From Lama glama (taxonomy: Eukaryota), in contig CM052818.1 in assembly GCA_028534125.1 (NCBI GenBank), positions 12,960,001-13,024,000 on the forward strand: a stretch of DNA of 64,000 nucleotides. Direction: 5' to 3'. The translations under genes and the position numbers were made by a program. Shown piece after piece: positions 50,801-63,893 of the stretch; position 1 is the first letter of the stretch, and the number at the start of each line of letters is the position of its first letter. The notes beneath the pieces are model-generated. The model had not been told where the DNA came from and searched no databases. It saw only the letters and a list, made by a program, of their open reading frames with translations.

Positions 50801-52309
50801 CAGCACAGAAATATTAAAGCAAACCTCCAAAGGAGTCATTTCTTTCCTTGCAAAATCTTTTCCCATCCAGGGTTTGCTTCTGTGGTGTGATACTATACCC
50901 AGCTTTAGGCCAGGAGTTTGAATGCACTTTGGGTATCAGAATCGCTGTGGGGAGAGGAATAGGGTCCTCAAATCTAGAGGTCTCAATCTGTCTATGACAG
51001 TTAAGGGCAAAGTAAGCCAAGGGTCCAGGTGTCTTCACAAAAGCCTTACCTAGTAGATCTGGGTAGGATTGTAAACCCACTTTGGAAGGAAATACAGAGA
51101 TGTGTTTAAAGTTCCTCACTTTCCTCTTGGAATTATACACTTGCCACGGGGTAATTCATGCCATTTTCTCTCTGCCTTTTTATAACCAGCTTGAACTTAG
51201 AGAGATCACTGCACTCCAATCAAACAGTAAAGCCCATATCCAGACAGTGTGATCGCACCAGTTCCCTCAGGAGTAATATGTACCTGACAGGAAACTAACC
51301 AGACCAGTGGCCATATTCAGACCACATCGATATTTTTTCTCTCCTGAGTGAATAGCTCCTCTGGGAGTTTTAAGCACAGTTAGAACTTACCCATGTTAGG
51401 CAGAGAAGTTTCTTTTAAAATGAAAATGTGAAAAAAGCATGACCAGTTTCCTTCTCAGTGAATAAGAATGTTTAACAAATATTTCATCCTAAACACTAAG
51501 AGTCAAAGCCTGAAACACACCCACCCTTAAGAGAAAAGCAACAGACAAATCACTGGACAAAGTCTGATATTTTAACGATGATAATTTCACATTATAAATT
51601 TTGTTCCTTTCTCCTTTAACCCCACATTCCAAAACAGTCTTTGTTTTCAGTCCATTGTTTCCAATCAAGTTAAAGTCAAATGTCTCAGCCTCAACCTCAA
51701 ATTCTTTGAATTGAACAGAACCTTCCTTCAAAGGACGTTTCTGGTCCATGATTTGTTAAACTCTAATCTATGCCCCAAATTCTCTTACCTTTGCATGAAT
51801 CCTTCCCCCAAGAAAATCAACAGACACTAAAATCTCAAGACCACAGGGCCAAAGAGCTTAGTCTTCAAAACACTTTATACTGTTAGAAAGGTGAGAGGTG
51901 GAGGCGGGGAGCCATGTGATCAGGCTCAAAGCTCCAGGCTGAGCCTCTGCCTCTGAAGCTCCGTATCTTCCCTGGATTAGAAACCATGGTTAATGATGTC
52001 ATCTCTTATCTTCACGTCATTCACGTCTAGAAGCAAGGACCCTCCGGGAATTAGTGTTCTGCATAACGACACAGTCCAGCAAAGTTAGAATGTGTTGAAG
52101 CGACGTGAGGAGACTCCCATCAAGAGAGAAAGCAGCAGTGGCTCACTGCCGGGTTCAGGTTCCCAGGGCTACTCTTGATGCTTTCGGGACAATTCAGCCC
52201 ACGAACAACAGCTCAACCGCCAGAGCTGCTCAAGGGCGAGAAAAGGACCTACAGCCGCTACCTGCTGACCTGAATGCATAAAAAAGTGACATCCAACTTG
52301 ATTCAGTCC

Positions 52310-52450
52310 AGTGTTGAGCAGGAGACAGAGCATGGACTTTGGAGCACACGGTCCTAGGTCCAAACCCTAGTTTTGCTTTCTATTGCCTTTAATTTTCGGT
52401 ACATCTATGAATCTTTCTAGGTCTACTTTACCACTCTGTAAAATTAGTTC
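52310..52450 (+). mobile_element. MIR fragment
   Basis: agagcatggactttggagcacacggtcctaggtccaaaccctag...ctgtaaaat. Confidence 0.6.
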
Positions 52451-53744
52451 TAAATAAAGTAGTATACATAGATGGTCAAAGATATATCATGGGCACACAT
52501 CACTGTAAGCACCCTCACTCCACACTCAAGACTCTCTCCCACTCCTAGCACAAGCACAGCACAACTCTGTATCCATCTGTAAACACGAGTATTTTCACAC
52601 ATACCCAAATATATCAACCTCAGATTTTCCTCTTAAGCTCTACAGATCACAAATCATAAGAACAAGCCCATGAGATGTGGAACAGTGAAGTTTACATTCT
52701 CTTTATACACAAACACAACCACAGTTCATAAAAACACCAGGCCTGGAAGAACTAGAGACCAGTGACACATGCTTTACTTGTAGGCCATTGATGGAGCTCT
52801 TAAAACGCATAGTATTCTCTCATTAAACATTAAAAGACAAGAACAAAACTTCAGGCTGAGTTCAGCCCATTCCCTGAATCACCCCTCTGGGTTCTTCTTC
52901 ATCATCTGAGATCCTGGTCAAGTGGCGTTTCACGCGGGAAAGCCCTGTGCTGCAGGGTCACAGGGGAAGCTTGGCTGTTCCAGCTACAAAGAGATGCCAG
53001 TAGCAATGGCAAAGGCCACCTGGACAGAGCCCCCGGGTCGCTGGCCAAATACTATTCATATCCGTGAATGGTGCGCCTGCCCAGATCCTTGAATGGGAAC
53101 TGTTATGGACTGTGTTTGTGTGTTCGTAGTCTGCTCGTATGTGTGGACTTAGGTTGTTTGGCTGTCAGTAGCCTCACTAGAATCTTTCTCAAACACCCAA
53201 ATCATATACCAAATAAACATATGACTCATAGAGGCTAAAGAGTACAGTTCCAGACACATATCAGCAGACTTCCATAAGGTTTTGGCTGGGGTGCAGAGGG
53301 GTGGTAAAGATTACCACACCATGCGACATCGGAACAGGCTGTGTTTACTATTGGTACGTTTCTTATTGTTTTTGCATATTCCTTAAAAGGAATTGTGGTT
53401 GGCAGGCATTTCTTCACTCTCCCATGAAATAAGGCAGTGGAGAAGGCCAGACATCTCCCACCCCAGGAGCTTGTGTCAGAAGACAGCTCTGCCTATGTCT
53501 CAGGTGCGTCTTCTTGAGTAGAGCTGACACCACTCAAGATGCTGGTGTTTGTTCTGGCCTCTTCCCTGGAGCTCTGTGATTGGTTGAGCTGACCCCACCC
53601 CTGAGGAGGCTATGTTTCCATCCTCAATCTGATGCTATTCCAGAATTCTGCCTCGTGTTTCTCTGTAACAGGTTATGATTCTGGTTGTTTGACCCTAGCC
53701 TGAACTGAGGATGGTTTAAGTCTCCTAGAAATAGATGATGCAAA

Positions 53745-53774
53745 CCAACATTTCCCAACACTTGATTCCAGGGG

Positions 53775-53819
<45 letters not shown>

Positions 53820-54010
53820 CATAGAAAGAAGGCTTTCTGTGAACAGCATTTGAGGAAATATTAGGTTATATTGTTTTCTTTAGTGCAGGACTTCTGACAG
53901 GCTCCAGCACATTATGAATGTACGGAAAGGAGAACCAGTATTGAGTGCTTCTCAAGAACGTTGGACCAAAATGCTTCTCATGTGCCCTAAGGAATATACT
54001 TTGGGGAACT
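53745..54010. mobile_element. Old hAT-Charlie-type MITE containing a (TA)n microsatellite at ~53780-53815
   Basis: caacatttcccaa...tactttggggaac termini with an internal TA run. Confidence 0.4.
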
Positions 54011-54275
54011 CTCATGCAGTCTGACAGGAAAAAGGAGATGATAGCCCCTATCAACAGTAGACCTCTCATCCTTCAGCATCAAATTACTTTCCAATAAAGA
54101 AGACTGACACAGACTTTACCTCCATTCACTGTCTCCCCTGAGGCACTGTCTGAGTGCCCCTACTCTTCAAAACCTTCTCCCATCCACTCTCTACTGAAAT
54201 AACTGTCACAAAGACAAATTTATAATAGAGGTTTTAATTTCATATTTGAAATCAGACTTAGAATGAAAATCCTCA

Positions 54276-54398
54276 GGGGGAGAGATGAATTAAGAGTTTG
54301 GGATTAGCGGATACAAACTACTGTACATAAACTAGAAAAACCACAAGGTCTAAATGTATACATTCTTAAGGGAACTACATTCAATAACTTGTAATAAG
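54276..54398 (+). mobile_element. Short cetartiodactyl-type L1 3' UTR fragment
   Basis: gatgaattaagagtttgggattagcggatacaaactact...acaaggtc...agggaactacattcaataacttgtaataa, homologous to the copy at ~30210-30325. Confidence 0.8.
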
Positions 54399-55706
54399 AG
54401 AGAGAGATATGTTCTGAGGAAGAAGATGAAGACTCGTGCTCGTACAGTAGTTGGTGATTGTGCAGCTTTGCTGAGACCAGACGTTGGGCATGCTGGCATT
54501 TCCTGGGCAAGTGGGAGGGTGGTTCGGAGATCCAGTTAGAAACCACTTCATGAGTTCCTTTCAGACTCAAGAGAGCCGTTAGCAATGATCCCTAATCCCA
54601 GTTTCCAGATGGGACATAATATCAGAATCTCTTTAAATGCTTTGAGGGATTTATCTCTCTGTGCTCTTTTCATGCATAAATGGAGAAAAGGTGCCTGGGA
54701 GATTGGCAGCTCAAGTAGCCCAAAACCTGTCTGCAAGTGGATCAAAGACAATAGATATAGGAAGGCCAGTTCTTCCCCAAAAGTAAGACACTAAGCCTGG
54801 GCAGCTGAGCAGACAGAGGGGTAGCCTGGCATGCAGGGCGTCCATCACAGAGGAGGGCAGGAGGAGGGAGTTTCCATTCCTGCAACTGGGATCCCTGCTG
54901 CAAAAAGCCGGAGCAGCTTTGTTTTTGCTTTTGTCTTTAACTGTAAAAGCGGGACAAGTGGGAGATGCTAGCCAGGATCAAAATGAAGAATCAGTTTGCC
55001 TTGGCAAAGTGGTAAAGTTTTCCCCCAGTACTCAATAGCCCTTCCTAAAAAGTGAGTGCAGAGGTATCTAAGATAGGGAGGGAGGAAGGGGAAAAAAAGG
55101 AAAGCTAAAAGAGAAAAGGAAGAAGAGGAGGAGTTGGGTGAAGCTTCCTCATTAGGAAGTGCTGTTTAAAGTGTTACTTACCTACTAGTCATGATGGAAG
55201 AAAACAGCCTTCTGTTTAAGCTTCTATTTCATCTCACTTCTAGTTTCTTTTCATTCTAACAGTATGTTGTTACTTTCGAGAAAGAATTCTCATTTCTGTT
55301 TATGAAAATGCATTGCTGGGTACAAGTTCAACACAGAAATCCTAACCTAAGCTTTGGGAACTGAGGTTGCATGGGGTCCCAGCATGGGCTCCTTTATGAG
55401 GTCTGGGAGGGCCATTTTTACAGCCATCTATGTCATATTAATGCCTCTGTCTTACATGAATCCCCTGAGAAGCAAAAAAGCTGAGAAAGGAATAAAATCT
55501 GGTGGTTGTTGACTTGATGGGCAGCCAGGGAACTTGGCTCTCGATCCCTTTTCATGAGCTTTAGTACAAAGTTGTAACAAAGAAGTGGGAAGAAAACAGG
55601 AGAGCTCATTGTGCCTCTCAGAGTGGGCATCACTAGGTCCGCAAACAACAAACGTGATATCAATCTCCTATCTACGTGGAACTTTACAGTGCACAAAGAG
55701 CATGAC

Positions 55707-55868
55707 ATGTGTGTGTATGTACATGTATATATCTTTATGTGCGTATCCATGTGTGTATACATGTATCTTTGTGTGTATGTGTGGGTGTGTGTACATATAT
55801 ACTTACACATATGTATATATATGTGTGTGTGTGTGTGTATACATATATATATATATATATATATATAT
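55707..55868. repeat. Compound (TG)n/(TA)n microsatellite / low-complexity tract
   Basis: Directly visible alternating purine-pyrimidine tract. Confidence 0.95.
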
Positions 55869-55869
55869 C

Positions 55870-56145
55870 TCCTGCATTTAATCCTCATAAAAGCAATAAA
55901 AACTGTGGAATGTAGTGCTCCTTATTCCTTTACATACAGATAAGAAAGGTGGGGCTCAAAGAGATAAGGTGATTTGTCCAACACCAGGGAGATAGTAAGG
56001 GGTAAAGCTGAGACAGGAGCACAGATCCTATGACTTCAAGTCTGATGCGCTTTGCATGGGCATTATACAGGGAAACTGAGGCATGGAAAGAGATTTGGTG
56101 ATTTATCCAGGGACACCTGGCTGGTTGGAAGCAGAACCCAAACTA
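55870..56145 (-). mobile_element. Two tandem MIR pieces
   Basis: catttaatcctcat...acagataagaaa...ggctcaaagagataaggtgatttgtccaa, then tacagggaaactgaggcatgg. Confidence 0.7.
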
Positions 56146-56604
56146 AACAGACAACTCAGAAGTGATGGAACCATCGTAGGGAGGGAGAAGGGGACTGATT
56201 GGCAAGGTTTGGTGGAATTCCCCCTATGACCCCACGACATGGTCATCCTTTTGGAAGTTGAAAGGAACACAGAAAAGGCCTTAGAAGAGGAGGAAAAAGA
56301 GAAAATGCAATTGCTCACTCATCCTCTCCCCACAGTTTCTTCAAAAGACCTTGAGGAATGCTCTTCCCAGGATTTTTAACATCTCATAGGTAACGGTGCA
56401 TAAACACAGTCAGGAGGTTCAGGGTGAAACTGAGCTTCCCCCCAGGACAGTCTCAAAGCCTGTTCTTCCTCACCAGCACTGGCAAGGGGGTGGGAGGCCT
56501 CAGCCACCACAGATAGGGAGGGTCCCAGGACACCTGCAGCCTCACCCCATGCAGGTGTAGCCGCTGTAACACACACGCTCCCAATTCAGCTACTAGATTT
56601 AAAC

Positions 56605-56633
56605 TGTGTGTGTGTGTGTGCGTGTGTGTGTGT
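56605..56633. repeat. (TG)n microsatellite
   Basis: Directly visible. Confidence 0.95.
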
Positions 56634-57094
56634 AGGGGGTGGGGCTGGAAGGCTTCCATTTAATTTATGAGCTTTCGTGGGAGCCACACTCATAACTAAG
56701 GTGCTATTTCCGGGACTGGACAAATTTAATTTTGTGCTTGCCAAGTTTCCTTCATTTTTAGGAAAAGTAGTTACAGCCCTATTTGGAGTTTCCAAATTTA
56801 AACCTGAGTCCAAGTTTTTACTCTATCCTTGCTATAAATGGACTCTTAATCATTTTGAGGGCCAAGGGGAAAGTATGTAAGCACGAGTCTCATCTTTTTA
56901 ATACATTTTTATTTCCCCTCTATAAAATAGGAGCAGTGGTACCCACTATAACGACCTGGGGGAAGGTGGGGGGTGGGTCTGAATGTCACTAAATCTTGGC
57001 CTGAGATCAGCCGCAGGAAAAGAATCCCAGACCCCTGGCCTGGAAGCTGGAAGACTTCCACAAGACAGATGGCCCAGTGGTAAAAACCCCTGTG

Positions 57095-57245
57095 CGGGCT
57101 TTTCTCTTTCAGTTTCTCTGCCTGGATAACTGAAGTGATAGTATCTTCCTCATAGAATTCTTGAGAAGATTACTTTAAATTATTTATGTTAATTCCAGAG
57201 GTCCTTAAACATGGTAAGTGTCCAATAAAGTTTAGCTATTGTTAA
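57095..57245 (+). mobile_element. MIR 3' half
   Basis: tcagtttctc...cctcatagaattcttgagaagatt...acatggtaagtgtccaataaagtttagctatt. Confidence 0.7.
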
Positions 57246-59509
57246 TGTTATTAATATCACTATTATGTGACTCCGGTGAGGAGGAGACAACAAGACTTTA
57301 CATTCATAAGAAAAACTGATTGTGATGTTCTGATACATGAAAAATAGAAGCAACTGCTCGTCTAGAGGATATGTGAGGGGACTGCCATAATTTGTAGTAA
57401 ACTGAAAATATATATTTTCTGTAATTCAGCTCCCCTCTCAGCAAAGTCACACAACCAGTAGGTTGTGAGGTCAGGAGTCCATGGCAAGTACTCTGATTTT
57501 AGAGCCTGTTGAGTCATACTGCTACTTGGACTTTTGAGACACAGCTTGTGGTTTTGTCTTTTTCAAATAGAAAAATATGAGGAAAGTAAAGTTCTAGTGT
57601 CATCTTACAGAAGAAAGGGGGAAATGAGCAATTATCCTGCTGTGAATCTGGGGTGCCCCCATGATGAAGGAATTGGCAGAATAACTGGACAATGACTTGT
57701 AGGACCCCTGAGGGATGCTTCTCTCAGTAGGCTGTGGGAGAATCCCATCAGGAGGAGGCTGGGAATGTGGTGTCATTCTGAAGTTTGGTCTCTTCAGCTC
57801 AAAGAGCTTCCTGAGGACAGATGGCTATACTGGGAGTTTTATAGTATTAAGCTATAAGCAAAAGCTTGAACTAATCCCAGAGTGTGGAGTTAGACCGCTG
57901 TGCCCAGCACTGTGTGGTCTCCCAATAGTGACCACATGGCTGACTAACAAAGAAACAGTCTACTGTTATTCACATCATTTGCTATAACATCACTTTATCA
58001 AAGTGAAGGGAATTTTGTTTCCCTAAAAAAATTATTCATGAGAAACACACTATTTTGGTTGCTTATTTCTGGTGGGAAATTATCCTAGAATTATTACACT
58101 CTCCCTGCAAGTTCCATTCTTCCTCCCCCCGGAGGCAAAAGAGTAGCTTTTTCAACACAAAGCAGCCATGGAAAAATTTTCAGTGATTTCCTGTCTTACT
58201 TTCTGATGCAGAAGAGCAAAAGAATGTATAAGACAGTATTGATCAAAATCAAGCAAGAAGGTATACAGCAAAACTTTTATCACCATTTTCAAAACTGTCA
58301 AAATCAAAGCCTCTTGGTAAATCTATTTAATTGAGTTCAGAAAACCTCGACATTCCTTCCCACTAAAGTAACTGAAACTCGTATTCTCCATCCCCTATGC
58401 CAGGGAGGGCACGTGTCTGACAAGGATAAAATGAATCACCTTGCACTTTCTCCCTTTGAGAATAGGAAAGAGAGGTATCAGGCACAGCACAGTGGGAGCT
58501 GGGTGACTGTGACATCCCTCTCTGCCCCAGGGCTGCACCCATGGACCGGGGCACGGTCTAGAGGTTCTCCAAATTACGGAGCATCAGTCAGTGCAGGTGG
58601 GTAAATGTGCTCCGCATTTCCAGAGCCCGTGGAGGGATTCCATGCCATCCTTTGATGGGTTTATGTACAAGGACAGCATTACATCCCTCTAGAGACTTAC
58701 ATTTCAGGGCATGGCCTTCCCATGCCACAAATACCTGGATGGGGAACTCCTGAGGGTCTCAGAATGCTGGCCTCTTAGCCCTGACATCTCCTAACCTAAA
58801 GGATACCCTTGGTTACATTAGATTTCTCTTTTCTCTCTGCCATATGCCAAGCATAAGTAGCCGTTTCTGGTTTTTCCTGACAAGTCTGCACCCATAAACA
58901 GAGCCTCACCTTCCCCCCCTAAAATTCCACCTCCTCAGGAACAAAGCGATTCCTCTTTATAAATATTAGTGCTGCTTCCTGAAATATAGATTGTTTCACT
59001 GTGAAAGGGAGTCTCACATCACATCCCATAGACTCCTGGGTTCTCCTGGAATCTCAAGAGCATTTTATGAACGAACAGATTCTAGTTTGTGTTGCAGTAT
59101 TTCATTCAGCACTTAAATCTGCCTCTTGCCTTCACAGCCATGTACTGCTTTACAATCTAATTTCACACTTTCGTACTTTCATAGCCCTTCATCTCCAGTC
59201 ACTCAGTTATTTATTTAACCCTGAAACAACCCTCACGAGTCGGGCTAGCACTGTGCTCCTTTTCAAGGGAGGAAAATCGAGTGGTGAGGATGCATCTGTC
59301 CAAGAACAAGGGACTAGTATATAAATAATTAAGACTAATTATCAACATAGAGGTGGAGCAAGAGAGAAATACCATCATAAACAAAGATAGCTTTAGTGAG
59401 ATCATCTGTGTCAGTGAGGATCCCAGAAGGAAACAAAATCAAATTCAGACAACACAAGAACTTTAATAAAAGGAATATTCATAGACATACAGGCATCACT
59501 GACATGAAC

Positions 59510-59900
59510 ACAGAGTCTGCACTCTAGCCTCACTGACTTTTCTTCTCATATTCTCTTCTCATAATTCTCAAAGGGGGCCTTTTACATGTTATCCCCTCTG
59601 CCTGCATATACGGCAACCCTGTCACTCTTCTTTCAAACTCAATTAACTACCTCAGGGAAATCTTGACCTTCCTGACGAGATCATCTTCACCCTAACACAT
59701 GCTCTTGTAAAACTATACACTTTCCCTTCATCACACTTTTCACATTTGCAATTTTATATTTAGTTGTGTGGTTATTTAATTATTTTTTCCTTCATACAAT
59801 AAATCCTGTGAGAACAGGAAACATGTCTATCTTTGCTCACTATTGCAGGTACAGTGCTTAGTAAATGGTAGGAACCCAGCAGATATTTTTTGAGCAAGTA
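59510..59900 (+). mobile_element. L2 3' region
   Basis: ccctctgcctg, cctcagggaaatct, tgtgagaacaggaaacatgtct...acagtgcttag. Confidence 0.65.
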
Positions 59901-60046
59901 ATTTCTTTAGTCAGAAATAAATATCCCTAACTCACAGCAGTTGGGTGGCTTAGCCAAGGGCCGTTTCCATAAGTTAACAAATAATATCTGAGGTGTGCCT
60001 TTTTTATATTATGCAAAAGGAAATGTGACATTCCAGGTGCACCAGG

Positions 60047-60625
60047 TGAAAAAAAAAATTCCATCTGACGCTTGTTTAAAAAGACAAGACAGGTTTTATT
60101 CGAGCTACTTCAATAGGAGAGAGATATTTCAGTACAGAATCCAGCTAAACTTGAAGTTGAAGGAAGGCAAGGAAGACTTTTTATTCAAGAATATTGCTGT
60201 TGTGATAACGATCATTTCAACGGGGAAAAGAGATTCACTCAACTCTGTTAAAACAAAAAAGCTTTTAAGTAGTGGTGTTAGCTAGAGGGAAAGTACTGGA
60301 GGGTGCTGAGGGGAGAATGGTCAACAAGATTGGCCCTCAGTGTTTGCTAATTGTCACTAATCAAAGTTAGACTCACCCTCCCTCAGAAATTGGGAGACAG
60401 GGCCATTGTCTTGATTGTGTTTCAAAGGAATGACTCCCAGAGCCTTGAGGAAGGTATTCCAGGGCTGCAGAAGATTTACATCTCTAAGGGGCAGAGAAAG
60501 AACTTCCAACTGCAAGTTTTTAAAAGTAAATACTCCAAGAAAAGTGAGGTCAGAGGCCTACAGTCAGGAAGACACCTGTCTAAAGTTTAGCCGAGCTGAA
60601 GGGAATGTTGGTGCCATCGTGGTTA
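60047..60625 (-). mobile_element. ERV1 solo LTR (MER67-like, tentative)
   Basis: agaagatttacatctc...ggggcagagaaaga...tgcaagttt...aagtaaat...gtcaggaagacacctgtctaaagtttag...agctgaagggaatgtt matches a recalled antisense consensus. Confidence 0.7.
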
Positions 60626-63280
60626 ACCATGTTTCCCTCCTTTTGCAGTTCTTAAGCAATATAACCTATAGGCAGAAAGAATCTTAGCACTTGTTCTTAT
60701 TCAGCATGGGAAGTACATGGTACAAGTAGGGGAGAGCAAAAGATTCTGTGATGATAGCAAAATGCCTCTTAAAGAAAGAGAAAATAATCTGCCTCTGTGG
60801 TTTCCAATTACACCCTCTCAGCTATTGCCCTGAAAATAGAATCATGCTTGGTAATTATGGAAGAGATATCTTGGAAGCAGGAGACATTTACACTAAATGC
60901 CAACTCAGCAAGCAATAGCACAGGAAAATTATTCCACCCCCTTGTGCTGACTTCTGCCCCAGAGTCTGACATGCTGACTGCACACCTTCCTGCTCCCCAG
61001 CCTGGGAATCCCAAGGACTGCAGGAGGTCAGCAGCAAGCCCACAATTCACTGCAGAACAGACCAAGAAAACATCAAATCAGGGGAAGCTTTCAAAGAACC
61101 AAGTGCGACTGACAATGTAGGTCATCAGCTGCTCAGACGCTGGTGCAACAATGGCTGTAGTTAGTTTCCTCTAAAAACTAGCCGATGGGATAAATAAAGT
61201 AGCCTATCTGGGACTGGCACGGAGACGCAAAACTGGTGTGGGTGATGTGCATTGAGTCTGCACTGCTGCACCAGTCATCTAGAAAGTTCACTCAGGTACG
61301 TGGCCCCCCAAGTTTCCCGTGTCCCTCAGGTGCACCATCATGCCACCCGAGCCAGGCAACCGCATCTCCTCAGCTCTTCTGCAGCTGTTTCCAAGACTCC
61401 TGCTTTCCACTTGGAGGGAGCACATCTGTTCATTAGTCCCAGTGCTCTGAGCTTCTGCTTACTGAGACTAATCAGCTCCCTGTCTATGGTGAGAAAAGGC
61501 CGTAAGGACCAAGCTCACTCCTCTCATCTTCTCACTTCTTTTTTTTTTCCTTTGGAAAATGAACATCTAAATTTCTTTTCTTTTCTCCCCCTTTATATTT
61601 CACAGACTTGCAGAGATTGATATGGCTGACAATTCAGCAATTTTGATGTCCTGGAAATGTAATGAAGGAGAGATGAGACAATAACCAGTCATTAAGGTGA
61701 CTTCAGCCTCTGTAAAATTGAGGGTCTGTGATGCAGGGTTGGTTTCATTGCTTAAATGGCCACCAGCCCCAGAGCAGAGGTGGTGCTCTTGAGTGTCTCT
61801 GTCTCCCTCACCTCTCCATGTGGCTTTGCCTCCCACCTCCTCTTCCTATGACAGACAGCGAGTTTTTCCCGTCTCCCTGCCAGCCCTCCATTCTTCCAGC
61901 TCTGGAGGAAGCCCATTAACTCCTCTGACTCCTAGGTAGGCCATTCAGCAAGTTAATGATTGAGCCACAGGGAACCCTGGTTGCCTCAAACCTCACCTCC
62001 ACTGACAGCGAGGTGTTGGGGGGGCAGGCCTTAGCACACGATTAATCCTCCGTTCCAAAATGGACAGTTCATCTTCATGCTTTAGAACTTCCGAAGATTT
62101 TAAAGAGACTGCATCAGCATCTCCTAAAATTCCCTTTGTTTCACTGACAGCTTTAAAAGATCGTCTTCCCTGGCTGCAAAATTGCAGACGTCATTTTTAA
62201 TGATCGATGTTATTTGTCATCCCAGAGGATGATCTAGGGTGAGAATTACAAAGATGCCTTTATGAGACAGGGCCAGGAGGCCAGAGTAAATCAGCGGATG
62301 GTTTTACGGCGATCCAAGTGACAGAGCTGAAGTAATCGCGTGGAAAGTGACACCAGACTCTAAATAACACTCCCTTTCACATCGCCTCTGACCTACGGCT
62401 CATTTGTTCGCGTTGCCTCTAACCCAACATGCCTTCTGTCCAGAGCATGGGAGAACACTCAGTGAATCACTGCCTGATGGACAATGGCCTTCAGCCTCTG
62501 CTGTATCAGTAACCAGCGGTATGACTTATTCCGCATCACTTAACTTCTCTGAGCCTCAGTTTCCACAACTGTGAAGTGACCTCTACTCTAGTGCAAAGGT
62601 GCTGTGATGCTGTGCTTTGTCCTTGACGAGAAACATCTTATGGTCCACTAACTACATCCTTCATTACCACAACTGAAAGCTGGCTGAACACCACAGATGC
62701 TAAAAATCTTCAATGTCAGAAACTATACAGTAACACCCTCTAGAAAACATTATCCTGGGATCAGTTTAAGCAACAATGCCCTGCCTAGTTAAGAAAGCCT
62801 GACAAACACTAATTATCCTCATTAAGTTAATTTGGTTTCCCAGACCATCACTGACATCCAGAAATCAAAGGCTAACACTCTAGGCTGGAGTCTTTTTGGA
62901 GGAAATCCACAAATATAGTTTCTGGAGCCTAATTAAACATAGCTACCAAAAGAATGGTTTTTGACTTTCCTTTTATATGAAGAGAATGTACAGTTGGATA
63001 TCAGGAAGTAGGTCAGACCCATCATAACCCTGTGCCAGCCTGCCCAGGTCACTTGTGGGGCCTGGAATGGAGTATAAATGAAGGTCCATCGACCATTATT
63101 AATAGTGTTTGTGCTCGTCAGGGACCTTTAAAGCTTGGGGCTCATAGCTGGGGCTTCTAAAAGGGGCCCTCTGTCACCCCTCTTTGGAGAAGACTTGGGT
63201 TCCAAATCACAGTCTACCCCCCTACCCACTGTGATGTATCATCTGTGCCTTTGTGAAAATAAAAACCCTCACATGGGTAT

Positions 63281-63893
63281 TGTACGAGGTTTCTATTATT
63301 GCCAAAACAACTTACCACAAACTTACAAACTTAAAACAACCCCCACTTAATATCTCCCAGTTTCTGTGGTTGCCTGCATTGGTCTCACAAGGCCAGCATC
63401 AAGGTGTCAGACAAGCTGCACTCTAAACTAGAGGCCACAGGAAGAACCCACTTCCAGCCTTGTTTAGATCATTGGCCGAATGTAGTTCCTTGCCATTGTA
63501 AAGTTGAGGTCCCTACTCCCTTGCTGTCCATCAGTCGAGAATTGCTTTTAGCTCCTAAAAGCCACTTGCATTCCTTAGCACATGGTCCCCCATCTTCAAA
63601 GCCAGAATTGTGCATCAAATCTCCCTCATACTTCAAACCTCTGACTTCCCCTTCTACTGCCAGTCAGAGAAAACTCTCTACTTTTAAAGGGTTTATGTAA
63701 TGAGATTAGACCCAACCCGATAATCCAGAATAATACCCCTACTTTAAAGTCAGTTAATTAGTATTTTGATTATATCTTCAAAGTCTCTTTTGACAGATAA
63801 CAACATATTCATGGGTGTGATATCATATTCGCAGTCACAGGGTTGAGGGCAGAAAATCTTGGGTGGGGTGCATTTTTAGAATTATACCTACAA
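63281..63893 (-). mobile_element. MaLR solo LTR (MLT1E-like)
   Basis: ttaccacaaactta...cttaaaacaac, atcaaggtgtcag, cagagaaaactctctacttttaaaggg, ataatccagaataat, catttttagaattataccta. Confidence 0.88.

Noticed and set aside
55170..55325. Perfect minus-strand donor AG|GTAAGT (55181) and a strong plus-strand acceptor (~55262)
   Set aside because: Neither has a convincing partner site. This shows that isolated splice signals arise by chance here.
55433..55943. Four overlapping ORFs rich in YI/HT/CV repeats
   Set aside because: They are translations of the (TG)n/(TA)n microsatellite.
58798..58806. Second minus-strand GTATCCTTT U12-like donor
   Set aside because: I found no associated exon or branch site. 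It is chance-level and tempers the U12 hypothesis at 17630.
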